DNA of 64,000 nucleotides from positions 9,651,024 to 9,715,023 of the forward strand of contig NC_068992.1 of the NCBI RefSeq assembly GCF_001194135.2. Reading direction: 5' to 3'. Each line of letters starts with the position of its first letter. The stretch's first letter is position 1. The position numbers and the translations under genes were made by a program. A model generated the notes under the pieces. It searched no databases. It saw only the letters and a program-made list of their open reading frames with translations, and had not been told where the DNA came from. This DNA comes from Octopus bimaculoides. Taxonomy: Eukaryota. Below, one piece after another: positions 1 through 13,413 of the stretch.

Positions 1-102
1 AAAAGAGGTGCTTTCCAACCCGTATTGCCAAAAGCGAGAAAAGTTCTCCACGGCAAATCAGTTGTGAATACAGCCTTTCAGCCTTTGCATATGTCAAATT
101 GT

Positions 103-436
103 GAAGGTGTGTGGCTCAGTAGTTCGGGTAATCGGCTCACGATCGAAGAGTCGTGAGTTCGATTCCCGGCGGCGCATGGTATCCTTGAGCAAGACACTTT
201 ATTTCACGTTGCTCCAGTTCACTCAGTTGGCAAAAAAGTGAGTTGTACTTGAAATTCAAAGGACCAGTCTTGTTACATTCTGTGTCACGCTGAATCTCCT
301 TCAGAACTACATTAAGGGTAGGCGTGTCTGTGGAGTGCTCAGCCACTTGCACGTTAATTTCATCAGCAGGCCGTTCCGTTGATCAATTCAACTGGTGCAC
401 TCATCGTCATAACCTACGGATTACCAGTTAGTTACA
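103..436 (+). mobile_element. tRNA-derived SINE, family C
   Basis: A box TGGCTCAGTAG at 112, B box GAGTTCGATTCCC at 155, central block CCTTGAGCAAGACACTT...TTGCTCCAGTTCACTCAG; homologous copy at 12430-12635. Confidence 0.8.
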
Positions 437-858
437 GGTCAAACGTATTTGAACTGATCAAAATGTTTGTTCTTAACTTCTTGAAATTATCTCCCTTTTT
501 TCTTTCAGAGTCACTAAATATTGCCGCTCGGCTTTTGTTTTCTTTCTCAAACTAAGAAGGAAACTTCAATTAAGATTTTTCTTTTTTCTTCTTTCTTCCC
601 CTGCTCCATTCAAAACATTTCTCTTTAATTTATTCATTTTTGTGTTATTATTTGGTTGTTAGTTGAGATTTAATTGTAATTAACGTCATTGTTTCTCCTT
701 TGGCAATATTGATTCTTTATATAAATATATTATAGTAATTACATTTATTTAGGTATACATATATATGTGAATGTATGTGTGTGTGTGCGTGTGGTGTGTG
801 TGTGTGTGTGCGTGTGGTGTGTGTGTGTGCGTGTGGTGTGTGTGTGTGTGTGCGTGTG

Positions 859-895
<37 letters not shown>

Positions 896-1834
896 TGACT
901 ATATTGAAACAGCGTCATAAATATTTATTTAGCTACAAATCACGAACTAATTATTAACTGATGAACAAAGCTTTATTTGTTAAATTTTCAGACAACAGAC
1001 AGTCTTTCGTATTATAATTTCTTGGTAAATAAACTGGATTTATAAATCTAATGTTTGTAATCACTCTGTGAAAAATTAATCATATCTAATCAGTGTGTGA
1101 TAATCAAATATTTTCAAAACGAATACGTAACCTGATACTCGTGTGTATTTCCAAATGACAAACTGTGTTCATTCATTTGAAAACTAAACGCAATGTTTCT
1201 TTGTTGGTCAAAAATAATCTCTTTGCTTTTTCGTTTTTGTTTTATTTCCATAACAAACAAGGTGGACTTGTAGAACTGGCACTCGGACGGACAAAATCTC
1301 TTGTGATGTACAAATACGACCCTTTACGTTCTCATTTTATATCCTGTCGGAATCAGTTATGCCATTTATTCTTCAGTTGTCGACAAAATATAGTACCAGT
1401 TAAGTACTTGCATCCATACAATTGATACATGGCCATACAAAAGTACTAGGGAAAGACTGAACTCGATATAGGCTACAGAAAGAAAATACTAGTAAAATGC
1501 TGATGTCCATATAATCAATATAGGCAATTAAATAAAGTATTAAATAAATAGCTGGACTTGATGTAATCCATAGCAGCAATACTGGACCCGATATAATCAA
1601 TATAGTCGATAAATTAAAGTACTTCTGAAGTACTGACGTCCATTTAATCGATAAAGGTACTGAAATTAAATGCCAGTGAACTCCAAAACTCGATAGAATC
1701 AATATAGTTTATATAATAAAGTACTATTTCAGTATTAGTGTTTGATATCATTAGTTCCTGATTTCTAGTTAAATCAGTATTTATGGCGCTATTTTGATAG
1801 TCAAACACGTACACACACATTCATATATACATAC

Positions 1835-1919
<85 letters not shown>

Positions 1920-3063
1920 CATATATGTATATGACTAAATGTAATAACCTTAACATGTTTATATATATAAGGAATCAATATTGCCGAAAGACAGACAATG
2001 ATGTTAATTAAAATCAAATTAACACCATTGATATGCCTACCCCAAATTAGAAATCAATATTACAAATCTATATTTACGTATCGATATTAGTAGAAAGATA
2101 TGCTACGAATTTTAGAGTATACGACAACCTCGTAGCAGGTCAAAATTATGATCGAATTTCGATTTTTGTTTGGTACAAGTTCACTTTATTTACACCGGTA
2201 AATCTCTTGGAAAAGGTATGTCTATCGTAACTTCTCAAACCTCGTGTCCCTTAAAGTAACTTTATAATCCAGTCAAAAGGATTAGGCGATGTTTGTGGAG
2301 ACTAATAATATATCTTGCGTCCTCTTTGTTATTAGGCGACCAGATCCAAGGTAGAGATGCCTTATGGCTTTTTTCACGACCTTTTTAAATCCAACACTGT
2401 AGAACAAGTATGAGCTACCATTTTCGAGAGGCGGGCTGTATGAGACGTGAATCATCGTCAGGCAGACCGCACTACTAAAAGAAATTCAATGAAATTTTCG
2501 TTAGGCCTGCCATTCAAAAAATCCTGCGAGCCGTAGTTTATCAAATGGAAAATGTAGAAAATGTTAAATTATCTGTTATATATGCAGAATCTCTGCTTCC
2601 TTGAAGTTTCGATTACGGAATCTAATGCAAAGTTCGCTCCGGTAATGCCGCAAATGATGTTTAGAAAGTGTATAAATGTCACAGAATAGTTTTCCTCCGT
2701 CCCATATAGTTACAGTGATGTCTAAATAGCAACTATATTGTGTAAGAGACATTCTTCTAGCTATTGAATAACACACAAAACTGTTAAACTGATTTCAAGT
2801 TAACATTTATTTCATGGGAAATCAAACTATACGGAATTGTGTCAAGGACAAGGTCGCACAAAGACGACAAAACTTGATATCTCGTGAAACAAAAATAAAA
2901 AAAACTTGGCATCTTTGAGTTTTTATTGAATGGCTGGAATGACTTCTTCGCGATGAATTTGCTTGAGTTTCATCACACGATCTCAGATAATGCCACTTGC
3001 TAGTCGGGTACAATCTTACTATTTACAATGTGTTGTTTTTAAAATCACGACACTCATAGGCGA

Positions 3064-3228
3064 AGACATGGTGGTCGTGTGATAGGACCTTTGCTTCCCA
3101 GTTACGTGGCTCCAAATCCAGTCTCACTACGTGGCACCTTGGGCAAGTTTCTTCTACAATAGCCGCGATCCAACAAATACCTTGTGAGTGAATTTGGTAG
3201 ACGGAAACTGGAAGAGACCCATCGTGTC

Positions 3229-3298
<70 letters not shown>
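3064..3298 (+). mobile_element. SINE family B, 5' half, ending in (TG)n
   Basis: GGCACCTTGGGCAAGTTTCTTCTAC and CCTTGTGAGTGAATTTGGTAGACGGAAACTG blocks. Confidence 0.8.
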
Positions 3299-3302
<4 letters not shown>

Positions 3303-3384
3303 CAGCTCACCAAAACAAACTAATAAAGTAATATGAAGGTAGGGCTTCGTTGTTTCCGGTGTTCCAGCATCAGAAGGATTAAAA

Positions 3385-3589
3385 ATATTGGTATCAAGGC
3401 CAGCAATTTCGAGGTAGGAGGCTAGTCGACTACATCAACCCCAGTTTCCAACTGGTACTTATTTTATCGACTCCGAAAGGATGACAGACAAAGTCAACCT
3501 CGGCGGAATTTGAACTCAGAACTCGAAGACGGCCGAAATGCTACTAAGAATATTACCTGGCGTCCAAACAACTCTGCCAGCTCGTTGCC
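3385..3589 (-). mobile_element. tRNA-derived SINE, family A
   Basis: Reverse complement has GGCAACGAGCTGGCAGA head, GAGTTCAAATTCCGCCGAGG B box and TCATCCTTTCGGAGTCGATAAAATAAGTACCAG centre. Confidence 0.85.
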
Positions 3590-4081
3590 ATAGAACGATT
3601 AAATGTATTAATAAGCCAAGTCGCATAAGCAAGGGAGACAAATCTACATAGTCCTGGTTTCTTTACAAAGGAGTTAATTTACTGCACGGTCAGGAAGCAA
3701 TAAGGAACAATATGCGTCCACCAACGACGGCACAAAGTGTTAGAGGAGTCACTCTTGCTTGGTAAAAGAATAATTCATAAATAACTTCTGTTTCTTAGTC
3801 GTTGTCTTTAAACACATTGCATATTCCTGAATTTCGAAACATAAACAACCGTATATTTTGTTGTGTAGGTGTGCGTATGTGTGTGTGTGCGTGTGTATGT
3901 GTTCGTGGGCGTGCGTGTGTGTGTGTGTGCACGTGTTCGTGCGTGCATGTGTGTGTGTGTGTGTATTCTGTGTTTGTGTGTATGCGTGTATGTGTGTGAG
4001 TGTATACATATGTGTGTGTGTGTGCGTGTCCACAGTATATGCCTTCATAAATTAGATGAAAAGAAACAAGTTTATATATAC

Positions 4082-4125
<44 letters not shown>

Positions 4126-4369
4126 GCATGTATGTTTACATGTACATCGATGTGTGTGTGTGTGTATGTGAAAAGGCATAAGAAAAATTTCAGTAGACAC
4201 AAGCGGTGGATGCAGAGTTTCTAATGTTTCGGGTAATCCTTCTTCAAAGTTGAGTGGGAAGGAAATTCGAGAAGGCAGGCGAACTTTACCTTTCCTTCTA
4301 TCTAAGTGACCGGCAGCAATTCATTGGGAATGCAAAACAACGTTGAGAGTAGATGAATGAAGAGGGAGA

Positions 4370-4435
<66 letters not shown>

Positions 4436-4785
4436 CTAAGAAGAAGAAAAAGGAAAGGAAAAGACGAGAGACAAGGTGGAAGAGAAAAGTGAAGAGAGCT
4501 GGTCGTGGGGGGAGAGAGAGAGATGGAGCAGAAGATAGAGGGAGGGGAAGGGTAAAGGGTAAAGCACAAATTATTCTCTTCTTTCTCTTAATTTTCCCAA
4601 TAAATACAAATCTTTACCGGCGCAGACCGCTTTACTTGGATTCCGTTTTATCTCCTGTATTTGGTCTCAGGTTATCTCGCTCCTCTTTGGATTTCTGGTT
4701 ACTTTGATCGTCGATTGAAGAATTGCTCTCTCTCTCTCGCTCTCTGTCTGTCTCTGTCTGTCTCTCTCTCTTTCTCTAAATATAT

Positions 4786-4870
4786 ATGGACTGATCAATA
4801 AGTATCCGGACTGTTGCCATAATAACGAAGTTAAAGCACGCAGAGTAAAGTCGCTTGGCACACAAGCGTT
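4786..4870 (+). mobile_element. Mariner-like terminal fragment
   Basis: GGACTGATCAATAAGTATCCGGACT after a TA run resembles mariner TIRs. Confidence 0.45.
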
Positions 4871-4883
4871 TATATACATGTAT

Positions 4884-4924
<41 letters not shown>

Positions 4925-5335
4925 AGTGTTGTTGTTTATTATTTTATTGCTCTGTTTCGTTCCCTTTTTATTTTACTTAAACTCCTATATATTTCACTGA
5001 TGCAGTTGTCCCAAAATGTTTCCCGCCTTATGTCACCTCTTCTTCTACGTTTAACAACAAATCTTCAATGAATTATAATAAACTGACAACTTGTGACGTG
5101 TAACCGTGTGTATGAGTGCATGCAGTTAGTAATAAACACGGAACATTTGGCGCCTGTTACTTTCTGTATTAGAAACGTGTCAAGTGAAGGTTTCAAAATA
5201 TTAATACTACTATTTCTCTTTATCACAGATTTTATTGGAGCTCCTGAAGTCTTACATGCGTAGCGGGCTTGCTACCTGCAGCCTACAGCACCATGCTATC
5301 CATTCTTTTCAGCTATCTAATGCTTTCCTGTATTA

Positions 5336-5384
<49 letters not shown>

Positions 5385-6673
5385 TACTACTACTACTACT
5401 ACTGAAAGTATGCATGAACACAGGTATGCTAAATATCAGTTGTTGCAATCTGTGAACAATAAAATGCCAAAATATAATAATCTACTTTTCTTGCAGTAGC
5501 CTATAAAAAAGTTACACAAAGCTCACATTATTGAAACTTTACTAAGTCATCACAACAATAAAATCGTATTTAATTCTATGCTAGGGAAATTCTCGTCGTA
5601 AACTGAACACTTAACTTACGAAAGGTGAGACAATTGTGCTATAAAAACATTCAGGTAGATTAAAGCACCTCGTTTTAAGCCGGTCAAATTATATTGTCTG
5701 TTATAAACATTTACATGTAAGTCAATAAGCTTCCATTTCTGATGCATAAAAACAGATCGAAAATTTATTCTATCAACTATTTAGAAACTGTTCAATCTCA
5801 ACAGTTCAATGGGTTCTGCTTCTCTCTAACTTGGTTTATCCAACTTTAGAGAAAACATTGAAAGAAACCAGTCAATAAATCTTAAATTCTGTAGTCGAAT
5901 TGGAAAAAGAGTGTTTTCAAAACCAGAAAGTCTAGGTTAATCGCAGACAAATAAGAGTCGTTTTATTTTCCAGACACCAATAGGGTGAAAACATAAAATT
6001 CATGCTCAAAGTATAGATCTCTCACAAATCAAAGAACATCTGTTAATAATAATTCTTTGATTTTATGCCTATTCTGGTACTTGTCTTGAAGTGTTCGTGC
6101 AATTCTTACAGCTTAACAGGACTCATTTCTTTACTCATTCTGTTGAAGTCAAAAACATCCGATAGCAACAGCTTCGAGTTGAAAACCGTCTAACTTCTCT
6201 TATCGATTTACTACTCAATCATAGTCAACGTTTACTTCGCGATCGCTTTCTTTTTTTATATAAGAATGACATTAGTATGTTTACGTGGTTGTAATAAGAA
6301 ATAAATATACGTAATGTATTTAGTCTGTGTATTTAGTTACGTTAGAGAAGCATAATTGATTATGGTTAATACCGGTGATATAATTCGCTCTAAAAACTGA
6401 GAACAGAATTCGATTACGATATAATAAAATATCAAGCTATTAATGATTTCCAATTGCTTCAGTATTTCGCCATCAAATTGCTTTGTTGCAAGTTCGTTTT
6501 TAAACATTCCATCATGCGATTTTTTTTATTAAGAGTCGATATTCAATGGCTACTACTTTCACCCAATACTAATAACAATTTAGATATGAAAACTTCAGCC
6601 AAAATACCGCTTGACAATTTATCGAGATTAACAGAGTTATTAGACCGTTGTCGTGCAATATTTTTCCGGCTCA

Positions 6674-6830
6674 GGGCGGTGAGCTGGCAGAAACGTTAGC
6701 ACGCCGAGCGAAATGTTTAGCCTTTCATCCTTTCGGGGTCGATAAATTAAGTATCAGTTGCATACAGGGATCGATGTAATCGACTGGCCTCCTCCCAAAA
6801 ATTTCGGGCCTTGTGCCTAGAGTAGAAAAG
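6674..6830 (+). mobile_element. SINE family A, B-box-deleted, nested in an older family A copy
   Basis: Perfect 17-bp TSD AATATTTTTCCGGCTCA at 6657-6673 and 6831-6847. Confidence 0.9.
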
Positions 6831-7074
6831 AATATTTTTCCGGCTCACTGCATTTTGAGTTCAAATCTAATCGACGTCAACTTTTTTTCTCTTCTTTTTA
6901 TAATGGACCGAGTTGTGAGTTGACAGAATTGTTAGGGCTTCGATTGAGACACCTTTGTGCTATATCTATCGACACTTGTTTCTAACTTCTTGTCTGTTAG
7001 ATTTAAACTATTAACGAATCTAATATTTCTATATGATCCTTGGATTCCTTTAGTGGAGTTCACTCTGTTGCAAA

Positions 7075-7287
7075 CATTTCGGTTAGGTTTCCAGTCTGAA
7101 GATTTTGAGGGGATGGGCAAGTCGATACCATCGACCCCAGTGTTTGACTCGTACTTATTTTATTGACGCCGAAAGGGTGAAAGGCAAAGTCGACCTCGGT
7201 GGAATTCGAACTTAGAACGTAAAGACGGAAGAAATACCGCTAAGCATTTTACTCGGTGTGCTAATGATTCTGTCTGCTTGTTGCCTT
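7075..7287 (-). mobile_element. SINE family A
   Basis: Same head, B box and central block as 24691-24921, reverse orientation. Confidence 0.85.
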
Positions 7288-8371
7288 AACAGCGACAATG
7301 GTAATGAGACGAGTCATAAGTCAAGAGTTAATTAATAACTGAACAATCGAGTATTCACGTAGAGAATATGAGTAGTTCAATCATTCCTAAAGTTTTAGGC
7401 ATCACGTTTGAGTTTGGGTAATGAATCTACATCAGAAGGGATTCCAACGATTATGGAATTTATTACGTTTGCATCAGATCAACATCTGTTAATAACCGTG
7501 TGATACTGTTTGTGGCACTGTTTTGCCATGCTAAATGAAATTACATTCTTGTAAAACAGCCTCACTCGTTTGCAAATGACATCTGACTCTAAAAGCAGAA
7601 AACTATACTAAACTCCTACATCTCTTCCCTTTCATCTATAACTGTTCTCAAAATAGAACTGTTCCACTACTTTGATAAATTCTCTTGTTTCGGCATCGTT
7701 TCATGTCAGATTTTCATTCAATTTGTTTTCATATAACGTATCTTAAATGGAAATTCTACGGCTGGAAATAATATCTCATTTTCTACACTTTTCCAACAAT
7801 GTATTTTAATCTTAGGTTGTGTAACAGTTGACATGATGCGGAAAAAACATATCAACTGATTTTCACAATCTAATTTTCACTGAATTGTTATATATTTTCT
7901 AACACTATCTAGGCTTAACAACAGTTCCGGCAACCTAATTGTTATAACATCATAATAACCTCATTCAACTCTTTAAATTAATTCAGTTTATAACAAAAAA
8001 AAAGTTGCTCTATTTCATATTTTCTCTTAAACTTAACTTCATACAATTTCCGAATAGTGTCTGCTGTTTTATTTCCATAGAATGAATCACGGATGAGAGA
8101 AATGTATATAAAATCGGGAATATTTCAATTAGAACTCGTTAATCACCTAGAGTAAGGTTTTAATTAAAACAGTGTATGAATTTGTCTCCCCACAAATTCG
8201 TCTCAATCATCATCACTTCCCTCACTTGAACAGTTAACAAGTCCAGACGACTCCATAGATACGGAATGATTTTCGCAGCCCGATGCCGCATCATACACGC
8301 GCATGCGGGCACACACTCACATACACACGTAATCATAGAGATATATGTATATTTATGTGTAAATATATATG

Positions 8372-8433
<62 letters not shown>

Positions 8434-8550
8434 NNNNNNNNNNNNNNNNNNNNNNNNNNNNNNNNNNNNNNNTATATATACTTTATTTAAAAGCAGCAGA
8501 AATATCACAAAAACTGTTACTCAGAGTTTCACGTTCCTGTTCGTCCGACA

Positions 8551-8588
<38 letters not shown>

Positions 8589-8871
8589 CGGAATCATAAT
8601 TTAGATGTCACCATTTCACCTTTTGTAATATTTCAGCTAAGAATAATCATTCTATTCCGCTCATTCTTTTCTTTACTTTTTATTTTTACTATTATCAGTT
8701 TTATTATTGTTGTTATTTTGTGCTGCAAATAGTTTCTGAATGAATAACGCCGACTTATAAAAACAGATATCTTTTAATAAACATAATGGTTAAAATTAAT
8801 TTTCTATTCAATCAACGTATATGAAAGGATCATATTGAGGATATATATGTATATATATATATATATATATA

Positions 8872-9136
8872 TTGAGTTATCCCATAAATAATGTGGGTTT
8901 TTTTAATTGCATGAACTAAAAGTCGGAGGGGGACGGGATAAACTACTTGCATCAGCTTGCTATAAAAGCAGGTGATAATTTTATCGTGTGCTTATTCTTA
9001 GGGCATTTTTTAAAGAGTGCAGTTTAATTTTAACAGTTATTTTTTCGAACTATAATGGAAGTAACGAAGAACCATATTCGGAATATTTTGCTTTATGAGT
9101 TCAATAAAGGCAACAACGCAACGGAAAGTGCGAGTA

Positions 9137-9192
<56 letters not shown>

Positions 9193-9217
9193 CAGTATAT
9201 AGGGATCGGACAATAAG
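8872..9217 (+). mobile_element. Mariner 5' fragment (TIR plus transposase N-terminus)
   Basis: TA followed by TIR-like TTGAGTTATCCCATAAATAATG; ATG at 9055 gives MEVTKNHIRNILLYEFNKGNNATESA, resuming as INAVYRDRTISV after an (ATT)n tract. Confidence 0.8.
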
Positions 9218-9251
9218 CGTAATATATATACATGTGTGTGTGTGTGTGTGT

Positions 9252-9287
<36 letters not shown>

Positions 9288-9294
9288 GTGTGTG

Positions 9295-10155
9295 TGTGTC
9301 CAAGACAGGTGTATAAACAACAAGCTGGTGTGTAAGTTTGACGCTCGGGAAAGTGAGATCTTTTACGTTTCGAGCCTACGCTCTTCATCAGAAAAGAACA
9401 CGAAATAAATAAGCAGAGAGAGAATAAAACAACTTGAGGATTTAGCGATCAATCATGGCAACTGGTTGGAAAAAGGTAGCTGGAAAGAAGAGCTAGGAAG
9501 AAGCGAAGATAATAAAGTATTGGTAATCCCAAAACGAAGACGCACGTGCCTGTGTGTACGTGAAAGTATGTGTGCGCGTGTGAATAGGGGCTAGTGACTT
9601 TGACATCTGGATGTGTACGTGTGTGTGTGTGTGCATCTGTAATGTGTGTGTGTGTGTGCATTTGTAATGTGTGAGTGTGTCGATGATGGTGTGTGGATGT
9701 GCGGATGATGGTGTATGGATATGCAAATAATTGAGTGTGGTGTAGGTGCTGTGAAGTGGTCAGTCCTAGTATGTGAGGAGGGGTGTTGGATGGTGGATTG
9801 TGGTGTGGCAGTGTGGTAGTGTGTGGTGTGGTGTGGCAGTGTGAGCTATGAGACTGTGAGGGAGAGGTGTGGGTTTGGGCTGAGGATGTTGTGGTGGGGA
9901 TGTGGGGTGGAGGTGTATGTGGAAATGGGATATTGGGGAAGGTGTGAATGGAAGGGTATCACTGAAGAGAGAAGGTGAGCAGGAGTGAAGAGAGGAAGTA
10001 GGTGTCAGATAAAAAGAGGAGGAGAGTCGGATGAAGAGGGGAGGGGAATGGAGCCATGCGGCGCAAAGGAGCGAAGAGAGAAGATTAATTCCTGTTCACG
10101 GCGAAGGCGGGAGTCCAGATGGCCCCTGTGCAAAGACAATCCGAACACAGACAGT
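9295..10155 (-). mobile_element. Penelope-like element 3' end (end of GIY-YIG region, low-complexity UTR, terminal hammerhead motif)
   Basis: Minus frame reads SVFGLSLHRGHLDSRLRREQELIFSLRSFAPHG, matching the R..EQ.LIF.L....P.G C-terminal motif of PLE ORFs; hammerhead core at 9360-9395. Confidence 0.68.
9360..9395 (-). ncRNA. Minimal type I hammerhead ribozyme motif, core intact
   Basis: TTTT-CTGATGA-A-GAGC[GTAG]GCTC-GAAA-CGT-A-AAAG; palindromic ACGT stem III; GUA cleavage triplet. Confidence 0.72.
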
Positions 10156-10895
10156 CTATAAACTCTATTTCTACAACCATCTTTGTAAATATCCACATTC
10201 ACACATTTATTTTCTCTGTGTGAAATTTGACGCTATAGAGTTGTACTTAAATAGTTCACACCTGGCATGCAAATAAAAATAACTGTTAATATAAAAATAT
10301 AAAATCGTATATGAACGTAAATAAATATTCACTCTAACTCTACGAGTATTTTTATATACATCCATACACATACGTATCTCTACATGTGAGAATTGTGCTT
10401 AAAAATAGTTCACAATTGAAATGGTAACAAAAATAAAAGCCATCATATTTTTTCTCTGCTTTCATAAGATTTTCGTCATTTGACTGTGACCGTGCTGGAG
10501 TGACATATTTAAGCGTTTTCATTAAATATATCAACCTCAACACTTTATTTAGTTTTATTGCCCCCCCCCCCTCTCCATTGAAATACGATGAGCAACCATT
10601 TTGGCATAAAGGAATTATTGGTCACGACTACACAAGTAAGTAAACCAACAACCAAAAACGTGATATTCGCTTATAAGTGACGGCTAAGCTTTTTTTTTTT
10701 TACACTCTCTATCGTCTGCTCTATTACAAAGTAATGATTAAACTAAAATACATACTCAATTTCTAAGAAATAGTATTTTCTGTTGGTTTTTTTTTTTTTT
10801 GTTACTTTGTCGATTTTACTTTAATCTTCTCAGAACAAAATTTGTAATTTATAAACAAGTGAACAGCAGAAAATCTATTACTGACTGGCTATTGA

Positions 10896-10934
<39 letters not shown>

Positions 10935-11042
10935 GATTTTTCTCGATCTTCAGTTTTCAATTCTTTTTTCTGACTTGCTTCATTTTCTTCTCTGTATTCT
11001 ATACTCCTTACCACTGCTGTTACGTTTTTACAATTACTACTT

Positions 11043-11081
<39 letters not shown>

Positions 11082-11082
11082 A

Positions 11083-11137
<55 letters not shown>

Positions 11138-11217
11138 TCGTTGTTCCAGTTTATCAAAGGAGTGTTCTAGAACATTCTAAACAAGACTCAATAAGATTTC
11201 CAAATGAAACAATGACG

Positions 11218-11248
<31 letters not shown>

Positions 11249-11476
11249 CACCATCAACATCATCACTACCATCATCTTCATCAAAAAACAACAACAATAA
11301 ATATCTTTCTCGCTTAATTACATAAGTTTGCTATGCTATAAAAATAAAAAACGAAACAAAAATCGCATCTCACCTACCTTTGCTTGATTGAAATAATATG
11401 GTAAAACAAACAAACATATATATATTTATATTTATATATATGTATGTATGTATATATACATACATATATATATAGG

Positions 11477-11507
<31 letters not shown>

Positions 11508-12380
11508 TATATAAATGTATATATGTATATATATATGTATGTATATATATATATATANNNNNNNNNNNNNNNNNNNNNNNNNNNNNNNNNNNNNNNNNNN
11601 NNNNNNNNNNNNNNNNNNNNNNNNNNNNNNNNNNNNNNNNNNNNNNNNNNNNNNNNNNNNNNNNNNNNNNNNNNNNNNNNNNNNNNNNNNNNNNNNNNNN
11701 NNNNNNNNNNNNNNNNNNNNNNNNNNNNNNNNNNNNNNNNNNNNNNNNNNNNNNNNNNNNNNNNNNNNNNNNNNNNNNNNNNNNNNNNNNNNNNNNNNNN
11801 NNNNNNNNNNNNNNNNNNNNNNNNNNNNNNNNNNNNNNNNNNNNNNNNNNNNNNNNNNNNNNNNNNNNNNNNNNNNNNNNNNATATATATATATATATAT
11901 ACGCACACAGGTACACACACATATATGCCACTTAAACCAACGGCATGGTGGGAGGGTGGTGTTATACCGAGAGGAGGTAGGAATTCAACTTTAGTAAAGA
12001 AATGCATTTATTTCTGTAGTTTAGACCTGTTTTGCTTTTTCTTTTTTGCATTTGTTTACAGCTAAGTCAATATACACCGTTGTTAGAGACTCGATTTCAT
12101 CTCAGCATCATCGTTTTCTCTGACGAAAGTCAGTGGAATAACAGAAGTTGTCGGTTACGATATCGAACACAAATTTACTACGCTATTTTTGTATATATCT
12201 TTACATTCTGAGTTCAAAAGCCTTCAGAGTAGATATTTACTATTTTCACTTCGGGTGTTGATAAAATATCATATAAAATATGTAATTAGATTTAGTACGA
12301 CCTTGTTTCTAAGAAATTATACATACATACATACATACATACATACATACATACATACGTACACACACATACACGCGCAC

Positions 12381-12412
<32 letters not shown>

Positions 12413-12429
12413 GTACATATATATATAGA

Positions 12430-12635
12430 AGCATTCCATCGGGTACGACAGCGGGTGTTCCAGTCGATTCTGTGAAACCAACGTGCAAGTAGCTGAGTAC
12501 TCCACAGATACCCATACTCTTAACGTACTCCTCGGGGAGATTCCTCATGACACAGAATATGTCAAGTGTCTTGCTCAATAACACAACGCACCGCCGGGAA
12601 TTGAACTCACGTCCTTACGATCGTAAGATGAATAT
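12430..12635 (-). mobile_element. SINE family C copy with about 75-bp internal deletion
   Basis: Reverse complement aligns to 103-436 (GAGTTCAATTCCCGGCGG, TGAGCAAGACACT, TGTGGAGTACTCAGCTACTTGCACGTT) but lacks the block between AAGACACT and ATTCTGTGTCA. Confidence 0.75.
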
Positions 12636-13413
12636 ATGCACACATGTACATGTATGTATGAGTGAATCATTGTGTGTATATATATGTATATGTATATATT
12701 TATGTATGTATGTATGTATGTATGTTTATTATACAAACATTTGAAAAAGCTTTGGGTAATGCAAGGAAAGTATATAAGGTAATGTCAATAAATGACAACA
12801 AAGGGAAAAGATATTGTATTACCTTATATAGGTTGTTTAATTATCCTATAATATTTCGGGAAACATTTCCCTCTTCAAACTGACGAAAGAGAACAATCAA
12901 AGGATTTAGAGAAATATGTTGTTACTGGCAGGCCATGCTAATTGTAACCTCAAACTATTTACTTCTTGGGTGCCTTTAGTAGAACTCATTGTTGTTTGCA
13001 CTTGGAATGTTGGTGTAAAGATATCTTCCTCCCACCAGTGTCAGTCGTTGTAAAGAGTCAGGTGATTACTTTCCGTCCTAAATAGGCGATAAAAATATGC
13101 AACAACCTATTTTGTACATTCTGTCATATTTAAATATATTTTCGTGTAGATTTGCAGTCAATTATTACAAATGACTCAATCACATTTTCATGAAATCGAA
13201 CCCATTTTAACTCTGCTCAGTATTATTCAAGCTTTAAAGAAGTTCTCATGTCCTCTTATGTAGTTGTTTAATATTGTCTTGCTGTTTTCCAAACTGGTCA
13301 GACGAATTAACTTCCAGATCAAATACGTTCCTAACATACAAAGCTTATTTTCAGAAGCAAGAAATATTGATATTTCATACAATATATTTCCTGATATTAT
13401 TAAGAATTCTAAA

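Noticed and set aside
103-175. tRNA-like sequence
   Set aside because: It continues into a SINE body with other copies and has no complete cloverleaf
2405-2470. CTGACGA...GAAA on the minus strand
   Set aside because: Stems I-III do not pair
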